From the NCBI RefSeq assembly GCF_018977255.1, contig NW_024704742.1, positions 87,668,001-87,732,000 on the forward strand: a stretch of DNA of 64,000 bases, read 5' to 3'. Shown here piece by piece: positions 12,601-24,600 of the stretch. The notes beneath the pieces are model-generated. The model did not search any database, was not told where the DNA came from, and saw only the letters and a list, made by a program, of their open reading frames with translations. The stretch comes from Callorhinchus milii. Taxonomy: Eukaryota. The position numbers and the translations under genes were made by a program. Within the stretch, counting starts at the first letter, position 1; each line of letters opens with the position of its first letter.

Positions 12601-15600
12601 TAAATTAGATTGGATATTCTTCTAATTCAATACAATTTATCAAGCAATCTGGGCTAAAAAGTTGCAATGAACCATATTTGTATAACCAACTTTTTTAATA
12701 TGATCTGCAGCACAACAGAAGATGCTTGTAAATAAAGCTTATTCTTTGTGGAGGTGGGTGGGCATCTCGTGGAGCTGGTTTGGAATTGTGGAATTAAGAA
12801 AACTCTTGTTGATAGAACTGGAAAGGGCAAGGTTCTTCCCACTTGCTCTTGTGAACCAACCCTGCAAGCCAAAGTACTAGCAGCTGCAAGTTTGCCAGCC
12901 AGCACTCTCAATGATGAGTTTGCTGTTTTAGATGACTAAGCTCCAGCAGTACTTCAACCACACTCTGGGGTCCCCAAGTCTTGGCTCTCACCAAACTGTA
13001 TCTAATGCACTGGAGAATTGATTAAGTGACGTGTACCTCCAGAGAGTGCATTACTGTGTTCCAGATGGAAATTTCCATTTGTAGGTGGCATGCATACGAC
13101 ATTCTGTCTGATTTGGTTACTAGTAATGCATTTCTAATTGTGCCAGACACCCAGCTGACCAAAAAAAGGATACTTACAAAACTAATAGAGAAGGCTTTCA
13201 TAACACAAAGCGAATTAACAGGAAGTGTGGAAACGTGGATGTGAGAAGAGAGTTTTGCTCCCAGGGACTAGGATTGGTTGGGATGAAGTGATCTTCCTGT
13301 GTGTTTGCACCATAAACACATGATTGAACACGATGAGTGTTGGGGTGACATTTATGAAACAGTAGTAAAAATGTAGGCTTTAGAATAGGGGTGGAGGGAT
13401 GACAGAGTTGGTATTGTTTAACTGGTCATTGTAAGAAGGGCAAATAATTGTTTTAGAAGCATAAAGTACCAAGCTGTTGAATCTGTTAGAACAGAAGTAG
13501 GCCATCTAGACAACTAGATTGGCAGTGGAGATGTTATGAATATCTTTACAACAACAACAACAAAATTACATTTATAGAGCGCCTTTCACATCAGGAGGAC
13601 GTCCCAAAGCGCTGAACAGTCAGATGTCAGGACCCGAGCATGGGGGAGGGGTGGTGTAGGAGTGAGGAAAGGCAGAGAGTTGGGAGAGAGACCAAAGGCA
13701 CGGTCGAAGAGAAGCGTCTTGAGACTGACATTGAAGGAGGCAAGGGAGGAAGTGAGGCGAAGGGACCGTGGGATGGAGTTCCAGAGTGTGGGGGCAGAGA
13801 GGCTGAAAGCCCGGCCACCAATTGTAGGGCGAGTCGAGTTTTGGATGATCTGCAGCTTGTGAAGGGAAGAGTTGGGAAGACCAATGAGGAGGGAGTTCCC
13901 GTAGTCGAGCCTTGATGTGACGAGTGCGTTCGTGAGGGTTTTGGCAGCCTGCGGGGTGAGGCAGTGGCGGAGTTTGGCAATGTTGCGGAGGTGGTGGTAG
14001 GCAGTGTCGGTCATGGCACGGATGTGGGGGAGAAAGGACAGTTCAGTGTCAAACAAGACACCCAGGTTCCTGACTGGCTTAGTGAGGTTGAGTGTGCAGC
14101 CGTGGAGGCTGATGCTGCCAGCGCCCGAGATGCGAACCAATCAGGAGGGCCTTGGTCTTGCTGATGTTGAGTTGGAGAAAGTTGGCCCTCGTCCAGGACT
14201 TGATGTCGGACTTTACTTCAGTTTGTGCATTAAATGAGACGTTTTCAGAAAATCTAAACTTTATATTTATTAACGTGGAACATAAGTAAATTTTGCAGCT
14301 TCATTTTAACTTTAAATTTCTAATATTAAACCTCTTTAAAACTAGAATTAGTGGGTGGGGGAAGAGGGGAGAAGGAGAGGGGCGAATTAGAGGAAAGAAA
14401 ACAGCTGAGACTAGTTGTCAAACGAGCGGAGGCAACAGATCTCAACTTTAAATGGTGAATTTGTCTTTTCCAGCCCAGTCCACTTGCAGTTCTCTAGAAT
14501 TCACATGCTCCAGTGGCCGATGTGTTTCTCAGACTTTTGTGTGCAATGGGGAAGATGACTGTGGTGATGGAAGTGATGAACAAGGGTGTCGTACACCTAT
14601 CTGTGGGCCACATGAGTTTCAGTGCAAGAACTCTGAGTGTATCCCACTGACCTGGGTGTGTGACAACAATGCTGACTGCACTGATCGATCTGATGAATCT
14701 CGAGACAGCTGTGGCCATACCCTTCCTCCTCCTGTGACCTGTTCTCCGAGTGAAATGCCATGTGATTCAGGAGAATGTATCCACCGCCTATGGTACTGCG
14801 ATGGTGGGATTGACTGCAAAGATGGAAGTGATGAAGCTAATTGTTGTAAGTCGAAAGATCTATAAGCTTTAGGTCTCTACAGGTGAGAAGGGGCACATGA
14901 CGACAGCTTTACATAAGAACATAAGAAATAGGAGCAGGAGTAGGCAATTCGGTCCCTCGAGCCTGCCCCGCCATTTAATAAGATCATGGCTGATCTTCTA
15001 ACCTAATTCCATTTACCCACCCTATCCCCATATCCCTTTAAGGGGTTGTTTGTGGGTCTCCTAATTATCACAAGCCAGTTCTTTCTGCTCTGAATTCCAT
15101 GCTGTTTGATGGGGTTGTTGTGCCAACAATCTGGTGAAAATCTTTCTGAGGAACTATTTGAAGGCTCTAGAACCTCATTTCATATCTTAGATCTTCATGG
15201 GAGTGAGTGGCTTTTACTCAGTAAAATACTGTAATTTTTTTCTGTCTTTAGGACAATCGCTATAGCATAAGATGTTTTCTGCAAGCGAGGTAACTTCTGG
15301 GGATTGCATTATACATTGGGGATTTTGAGCCTTTCTTTGTTGAAACATGGAGGGAATGGTTGTCGTTCAAAAAGAATGGGGCAAATTGTGAACATTGCTA
15401 ACCTTTCGCAGCTCTTGTGACTCGTTCTATATAGTCAAGTCTTAACATTCAAATCGTTTGCATGCTAAATATTAATGTGAGAAGATTTCCTGCAACATTT
15501 CACTTCCATTTTTCTATCAGCTGTTCAAACGTGTAGACCAGATCAGTTCAGATGTGGTGATGGCAGCTGCATCCCTGAAAGCTGGGAATGTAACAAAATG

Positions 15601-18600
15601 ATGAACTGCATTGATGGCAGCGATGAGGTCAACTGCACAAAAGGTAGGTGTCCAATCTGAATTATAGGCTTCAAAAGTTCAATAAATGTTCTCTCCTGAA
15701 ACGTTTATCATTCTTTCCTCCAGAAGTTCCAACATGCACAGGGCCTACTGATTTCAAGTGCCAAAGCGGAGAATGCATACAAATAAACCAAGTGTGTAAC
15801 CGCTATCTGGACTGCAAGGACTGGAGTGATGAACCCTTCAAAAGTTGCCGTAAGTGTCTTGGGAGTGCTACGGATGTGCATCTAGTTTAAAATGTCAGCA
15901 TCTGTTTTACAAGCATTTGTTTCTGACTAAGCCAATCAGTTTGATTATCAGTGCCTGAGATTCCATACAAAGGTGCTTTTCCTGAGTATCTATTGGGAAC
16001 CCTGAGGGGTTTTGTGCACTGTTCCAATGTAACTCATGTAAAATGCCAGGATTGCCTTAACTGCTGATAATTACAGTCAGTGCAAGGTTCTCTTCCCAAG
16101 GGAACCTGTATTGAATGACCTTTGTGGGATTTGTCATAAACAGTGCAATGTGCATTTTAATCTTCCAAAACTGAAAACCATGTCTTGTGTTTCCTCTAAA
16201 TTCCAGGAAGATTTGGAGTTTTTTTTGGGGGGTGGGGAAAGGGAAGAGAGGAATCCTTAAGGATTCCGATATGGTCTACTTCCAGAGCAGCCTTCTCATG
16301 GGTCCGTTTACCATGAGTTTCAGTGTGCATTAGACTCAAATACGTGCACTAGTCAGTTTTCCACAAGCATTAACCTTTTGCTGTAATTCAATTCTAGAAC
16401 TCGTTTGGGCTTTCATTCCCTTTCCCTTGTGCCCCCCTTCACCGGGTGTAAAACCAGTTGTTTGAGTAAAGAGGGAGTATTAATTTGACCAAAGTGCTGC
16501 TTGGGTCATGTGGTAGGTATATGATGGGTCAAGCAGTGATCGGCTTTATTCTTCCTACATTTGTATCCGGAGTAGCTGAGAATAGATTTCCAGTCCACTG
16601 TCAATTGACAGTCCACTCTCGATTCTAAGTTGCCGAGTAGTTTGTATTAGATTTTTCTGGAAGATTTGCCTTTTGTTTTCTTTCAGTTAATAATAATAAT
16701 CCTTGCATTTAATACAACACCTTTTCAGATCTTCCAGACGTCTCAAAGTGCTTCACAGAATATACTGCAAATTTGAATTGACTGTTTGTTTTGTGGGCGA
16801 AACGCGGCAGCCATTTGCACACAGCAATGTCCCACAAACAGTCGTGGATTGAATGACAAAATTTTGATTTATTTTATTTAAAGTGATTATTACTCCTGGG
16901 AAAAGTGATCCCCCAATCGAAAAACAACCGGGTTCCTACTTACTACTGGGTAAACAGCAGCATGTGGCATAAGGAAACTTGCCCAATGTTTCACCCTGCC
17001 CGGCAATCGAACACAGATCCTCTCGCTTGCGAGGCGAGTGCTCTAACCAATGAGCTACAGGACTCCACTGTAGTCTTTGAACTGCTGAAACAACTTGATC
17101 CTTTTAATCTGCAGATGTGAACGAATGCTTGGACAACAGTGGTGGCTGCTCTCACCTGTGCAAGGATCGTCCCATTGGGTATGAATGTCATTGTCCTGAT
17201 GGCTTTGAGTTGATTGACCAGAAAACATGTGGAGGCAAGTCAACTAACCCTTTGTTGTTGTTGTTAACTAATGGTACAAACTTACTTCTTTACATGACGA
17301 TAATGTTATAAACTTGCTCCTTTCATGAAACTCTTCCATTATAGATGTCGATGAGTGTCAGAAGCCTGGAACTTGCGGTCAAATTTGCATCAATCTGAAA
17401 GGAAGCTATAAATGTGAATGTCATACAGGCTATCACATTGATCCAACCACTGGAGTTTGCAAGGGAATAGGCAAGTAGAAAGTTAAGGAAAGTCCAAGTT
17501 CTCCCTGCCAGGATATTAGTGGGTAATCTGTTGTTTTTAAGGTAAGGAATGGAAACCTCTCTAGCCTTCTCCTCTTCCCCAAAGAAAATGTACTTCTGTG
17601 CCTGAAAACCGTGCAGTAATTAATCTTAGCATTCTTCTCTTCTCTCCCCCGAAATACTCTTCACTGTCTGCCCCATACCCAATGGTTCTCCCACTGATGG
17701 TGGGGGCGTGAAACAGTCTGCAGTCTTGTTCCCACCCCAGCTGTAGTTTCTATTTAAATCCTCAACTCCAAATGCTACAAAATATTCAAACCATACCCTT
17801 TCTGTATCTCCAATCCTTTAATACCATGGTACTTGCAGCTTTTGTCTTTTGATCTTCAATCCTTCTACCATGTAGATTTCCTTCTACCACATAAGATTTC
17901 AACACTGTCATCCTCTTTCTTGTCCAACCCCTCATAGAATTGTATTTGACATGTAGTGTCCCAAACAAATATGTAGGACGGTGGAAGATGAACTGAATGT
18001 ATCTTGATCTTTTGCCTAGCAAATTCTTATGTTATGTATTTCTCCATTCAAAGTTTGACTTCCTGCTGTATTACTCTACTAGGAACAGAGCCTTATCTAT
18101 TCTTTACTGATCACCACGATATCAGGAAACTAGGACTTCACAGCAAGGAGTACACAAAGGTAGCTCTGGAACTGAGAAATGTGATATCGCTAGACACTGA
18201 TATTGCTGCACAAAGAATTTTCTGGGGTGATTTGGGACAGAAGACAATTTTCAGGTAATGCAAACACTGTGAATTTAAGAATTACTATAAACTGTAACGC
18301 AGAGAATTTATAAACCTGTTAACACTTCTCAGGTGCAGTAGTTGATACAGGTATAAGGTTTTGTTTTTTATCTGCATATAATCTATTCAAACCTATTAGA
18401 TACTGGCCAACACTCACCAGTTAGTTCTTGTATTACCCTAACCTAATTATCTGCCTATCTGCTGTTGGACCTACTTATCTTAATTTTTGGATGCACTGTC
18501 AACTGCTTCCCTGACCTGTTTTTCAAATATTGGCAAATCTAATTTGGAAACTGTCTTGTGACAGACTTGAAGATCCCTCATAAAAATTGTTAGCTATTTC

Positions 18601-21600
18601 ATTTCTAGAGAATATTTAATGGAAGGTTAACTGAATGGATCCGAGCTCCTGTGGATCCAGTAGAAAGGCTTCCTCCAGCCCATGTGCAACGTCCAGGATC
18701 AAGCAGTGTGGTGGATTTGTGGCAAACGCGGGAAGCATTTGCAAGGAGGGAGGGGGGGCTCTGTCCTCTACTGACCCTGGAGACTGTTGACTTCACAGTG
18801 GACACCACTATTTGCCAAGGCTCCTCACCTGGAATGAGTAGCTGACACTGAGTAACCTGTTATGCAGCGTTGGACTTGAACCTTGAAGGTTGGCACAGTA
18901 CAAGCTGTCCTGTAAAGGTCTGGCCACCATGCTGAAGGCAGATGTCTGCCAGTTAGCTGATGAGGAAATTCTAAAACTTGGGGCAACAGCTGCTGGAACA
19001 TTCTGAAGTCTGAGTTTGCAAATACATGTTTGTACATACAGCGCCTGGGATCCACATTGATTGGTTTACAGAGAGGTCAGCAGCTGCTGGTTAAGTTCGC
19101 ACTTCCAATTGGTGGACCATCACTCAATGGGATGGGACACATTTCTGAGTTGTGGGAAGGAAGATGGTGGTAATACTCTCACACGTGTCATGCTGAGCTG
19201 CGCTGCATACCAGGAAGCTTGCAGGGAGTTCCTTGTACCTACCATGCACCTAGTGAGGGTTCAAACCTGTGCTTGTTGGATGTCAAATAACCAACTAGTG
19301 ACGTTCCTCCAGTGGATGTGAGGGAGGTAAGCAGGGTCTCTTTGGAGCTGAACTGGCTCCAAGGCGACGCGTTTGGCAACAATATGTCGTAATCAAGCCC
19401 ACCCTCTGTGGCGGTCTCAGTTTTCCGGTTCCTGAGGCTGGCAGATTTGCAGTATTCCAGGGTACTGCAAAGCCAGCCTGGCTCATCAGCAGGACCTGGA
19501 AGGCCAGACCAGTCACTGGGGGCAGGGACTCTTCCCACTCAGCTCCAATTAAGCCCTGCAAGCCAAAGCCCAAAGACGAAGAGAGGTCCTAGCTGGCAAG
19601 CTTGCCAGACAGTGCTATCGATGGCAAACTATGGGGTTTTAGCTGATTGTACTTGAGCAGTACCCCAATGCACATGATGAGATCTCCAAATCTTGGCTCT
19701 TGCCAGAATGTGCCTAATGCTTTCTGGAATTAGGTAAGTTGAATTAGGTAAGGAGGGAGAGAGAGCGTATTCCCTTCCAAAAGCCTATCTTTGGAATTTC
19801 TATGTGGAGGTGGGATGCTTGGAGCTCCATTTAGTTTGGATATTCATAAGCACAGTGATTGGTTGCCACATGACACCTGGCTGACCCCAAAACAATCTTT
19901 CTAGAGAAGATATGGCATAATTATGTGTCCTCATCTTAGAAAGAGGTTACTATCTGATAATGGCATGGTCATATGTAACTCATTTCAACAAACTGATCAA
20001 ATACGGTTCTGTTGTAGCAAATGCACAAATAGCTTTGCCATTAACTTTGGTTGACTCCATCTTTTCATGAAGTCTGAGACTCCTAATTTAATGTGAACAT
20101 CTCAATCTTTAAGTATGTCCATAGATAAACAAGAAGACAACCCAGTGTATTCCAAGTTCTTAAGGGTTCCCATATTCCTGTGGGCATTGCTGTGGATTGG
20201 ATCTACAAGCACATCTACTGGACTGATGCCAGCAATAAAACCATATCCGTGGCTACCTTTGATGGAATCAAAATGAAGATTCTCTTTGACACTGACCTCA
20301 GGGAGCCATCTTCTGTGGCAGTTGATCCACTATCCGGGTACTGATGGTTTATATCAAATTATGTATCCACAACCTGTCTTTCAACATATATGATGGTCTC
20401 TATATTAGAGGCAATTAAGCACCTTGGGCAGCCAGGTGGCTAATTGAGAGCAAGTCTAGTATACAGTCACAAAAGCTTTTATACTAGTTCTCCTTTCTTG
20501 CCATATTTTGTTCATACTGTTTATCTCATCTTTTCTTCCACCACAAAAATACCAAAGTGGAGAGGAAAATGTGCCGCATTCATTACTTCATTATATAAGA
20601 CAATGAATTGGTGGCTCTAGAAAGGCCCACACTTTTATATTGTTATAGTTCTATATTGGCTAGGTATACACTATAGGCTGTACATACACTGTACTGGTTG
20701 CTCTGCCTGTATATACACTGTGTGCACAAGGGAATAACTAGATAAAGATGTAATAAGTAAATGTGCAGTTGCTGAACAAATTTCCCAAAGTTTTATTGCT
20801 GCAAGTGATTGGTGCATTGTTCTCTTAAAAAAACTAAGTGGCTAGTTAAATTAATGGCTAATCTCATGTGGAATGGTCCATTCCACCTAAATCTAGGGCT
20901 CTTTTTGATGTAAGCTCATCTGTGTATACCACTGAACTGTAGTCCAGGCAGTCATTGGCTTCCTCTATATATAATGGAAGGTGCTTAAGCATCCTTTATT
21001 CGTCTTGCTACTAGTTGTGGGGAATTTGGGTTTATTTTAATGTATACATCAATGTATCCTAAAATTAAGTCTGTGTGCCCCATGATGTTTCTCAGTTTAG
21101 ACGTGGGAAAGGAAAACACCTGAAGTTTGTGCTAATTCACTGATATACTTTTATGTCGAAGGTTCATTTACTGGTCAGACTGGGGTGAACCAGCAGTAAT
21201 AGAAAAAGCAGGGATGAACGGTGTTGATCGTCAGCTCCTGGTTACCCAAGATATTCAGTGGCCAAATGGCATTGCACTAGGTGAGCAGAGTGCTAAAGGT
21301 CCATTTTTTTCCCAACGTTTGGATTGTCAAGTCGTTTCTTTAAGTGATTGCTCCCTTGTCTACAGACCTTGTGAATAGCCACCTTTATTGGGTTGATTCA
21401 AAAGTACACAGCCTGTCATGTGTAAGCTTAAATGGCCAGGATAGAAGAACCGTGCTACAGTCTCAGGAATTCCTTGCTCATCCTTTCAGTCTCGCAATAT
21501 TTGAGGTAAGGTTCATGTCCTTCAGGTGTGAATGTATGTAACTTTGAATTGAAGTAATATTCCTGGTGAGTGTTGGATGAGCAGAATACTTATTCCTTTG

Positions 21601-24600
21601 CACTGGTCTCTGGTCAACTTTAAAAGATAGTGGACCATTTATGTTCATTACAGAAATTTGTCCATCAATACTTCAATATATTGAGTAGATCACAGCATGC
21701 TAGAAAGCCACCCGATGCTCCTTCAAGCCTCTGGTTGTCTATGTGTCCAAGTTGTTAATGTTTAAAGTATATTGGTTGTATGGTGAAGGAAAACCCAAAT
21801 CACTCCCTGTATAATGAAGGAAGTGGTCTGATATCTTAATAGCCTTCAGAAGAGTAGAACTGGTTTAACAAAACATTGTGTGGATCTGAAGCATGAGACT
21901 CCATTACCCATATTTTATAGATGAATTTGGAACTAAACATCTAGATATAAAAGCAGTGATAAACTACATTCTTATCAAATGTAGCAATTATTTTGGTTAT
22001 TTCTCTATTTGTTGCTCGAGCCTCAGTTTGACTGAGCACATGGAATAGTGTAAGCATTGACTGTCATTGGCGAGAGAGCCTTCAGCCACTCTGCCCTCAA
22101 CCTCTGGAACTCCATCCCCCAGTCACTCCACCTCACCACCTCCTTAGCCTCCTTCAAGTCCCGCCTCAAGACCCTCCTCTTCAACCATGACTTCGGCCAC
22201 CATCTTCCTCTCCCCTTTTCCCCCCCTGACCCCAGCTCAGGTCTGAAATGCTGTACATTGTCCAGCACCTTGGGATATCCTCCCAACGTGAAAGGCGCTG
22301 TACAAATGTAATCTTGTTTTTTGTTGTTATCATAGAGGGATTTAATGGACCATAATATACACTTAAGAATTGCAATACTTCCTGGCAGTCTATAGAGCTG
22401 ATATACCACTTCAATCAAAGAAGGAATGTTAGTGGGTGTTAGGTCTTGAAATGAAATTGATTTTGTTCGCAGGATCATGTCTTCTGGATTGATGGAGGGA
22501 ATGAAGCTCTCTTTCGAGCCAGTAAGCTAACAGGAGAGAATGTGGTGACTTTAGCTTCCAACCTGAAAGAACCTCGAGACATCATTGTGTACCATGAACT
22601 AATTCAGCCACCTGGTAAGAGCTCGAGCTGAAACATTTAATGGAATCAAACTTGATTAAAAACTTCTCAATTTGTAAATCCTTGACATTTCCTCATTGTA
22701 GCATGTTGTAGCATTTTTGTTCGGGCACAAACTTGGTTTACATTATTGAGCAGTTTGATTAGAACGGTGCTCCAGACAATCTATTGATTTTTGTCCACAG
22801 GCATAAATTGGTGCAATGACGGTGTTACGAATGGAGGCTGTGAATACCTGTGTCTCCCTGCTCCTCAGATCAACACTCAGTCCCTAAAATACTCCTGTGT
22901 GTGTCCCTCTGGGATGCAGTTGAAGGCAGATGGACAAGTGTGTACAAATGGTAGGTTCTGCACTTCTCAACAATTCAAAGAAGATAATCTAATAACCTGG
23001 ATAATTCAACTGCTTCATTGTCATAAGTCTTCTAACACTTGCATATTTCAAACTGGAGATTTATGTATTATAAAAACAGTGGCTTAGTGAATTCTAATTG
23101 AATACGTCAATGCAATATTTAAAATTGGCTCATAGTCCCCTCCCTGAACTAACTTCTTTTAGACGATTAAGACATTTAAAAACAGATTATTGCATATTTC
23201 AAGACAACTCTAATATCCAGAAGGTAGGTAGGCCAATGTATAGGCAGACATTGACTTGCCTGCTCTGAGCCTCCTCAGTGAAGTGTTGAAATCTGGTTTC
23301 AAGTTTGGCTTCAACCTGTACTCTCATGTCCATGATATTTAAACATCTTGTCCTCTTCCTCTCTGGGTTTGAAAGCTATAAATAGCTTTCCAGACCTGGA
23401 GCTGTCCTGGTTAAGATTAACTTCCTGTGACTTATTTGAATGAAATGTTTTAAGTACTGCCATGGAAACAGTGACGAGAACTGGGTATTGAGATTGAAGC
23501 TCTACTGGCATCATGCTTAAGTTGATGTTGTCTTTCGGCTGCCTTCTGTGCAGGTAGTACTTCAAAATCACTCTGTATTCTAAATCCTCCTCTAGCTGAT
23601 CTAAAATGCATTGGGGTTGCCTCTACCTGCATTGGAGTACAACCTTCCCTCATTTGACTCTTAAAATGCTTGTGAACCAGTCTTCCCATTTGCCTTGCCT
23701 GGCTTAATTATCCTGTTCATTTTCTCTTGTCTGTAGTTTTCTTGTTATTCCATGCTGTAGGCAACACTTGGCTTGTTGCCTTCCTGAACAGTTGTCTATT
23801 CTATGAATGGCCACATTGACAGCCTTAGTTATGGACATGAATTTTGAAAATATTTGCAATTGAAACCAGTCTTCAATCTACCCATTACTAGAGTCTCCCT
23901 GTGCAGATCTGTTCCTATGCATTTCGCCTATGTAAGCTGACAGCTTGGTAATAAAATCCAGAAGACAACTTAACATTCAAGTGTAAACTGAATTGAGCTG
24001 GAAACATTTAGATGCTTAACATCTAAAATAAGGCATTAAATCCAGGTTCTTGATTCTTTCTCAGCAAGTCATGAAAAAACACACATTCTCAATGGCCGTG
24101 AGTAGTAGATTTGAGTTGGCCCTATTTGGATGGATGAGCTTTACTGGGTCATGATATGCAGCACAATAGAAAATATAGGACAGACACCCTGAGGTGAGTT
24201 AGTTGTGTCCAAATCAGAAGTGGCAATTAATGATGCTGAGAACTGTCAGCCTATTGCTCCATCTGGTCTACAATTGACTTCTCATAATGGAGTAGCTGGA
24301 AACCAAGGATGATTGATGAAGTGACATGGCTACTGCTCTCTTCCTCCATACAGTTCTTGCAATGTTTACTTCCGTGCAATCCGTAAAAGAATGGCAAATA
24401 ACAGTGCTTTGCTGGCAACAAATGTTCAAAACTTTTGATTTGCAGAAGGTTGAGATAGCTTTAAGAAACCTTTTTTCAAGCCAATGAGTAGACTTCTCTC
24501 ATATTAGACAACCACAGGTACACTTCCTTGTCCCATTGAATTATGCTAACTAGAGGAAAGACAATAGATGTAGATTTTTGTCATAATTGCCATCTCCAAA

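Larger units (their letters stand above)
1..23052 (+). repeat. Recent tandem segmental duplication (unit 1: <1 to ~10969; unit 2: ~10970 to ~23052)
   Basis: Position 1 (ctcatcacattgttg) recurs at 11377. Introns and exons align throughout. Homology ends at catatttcaaac (~10969 and ~23052). Confidence 0.92.

Noticed and set aside
10970-23052. Module 2 as a purely haplotypic false duplication
   Set aside because: Many large reciprocal indels, a TSD-flanked insertion and two lesions in the first exon favour a real paralog. Not fully excluded without long reads.
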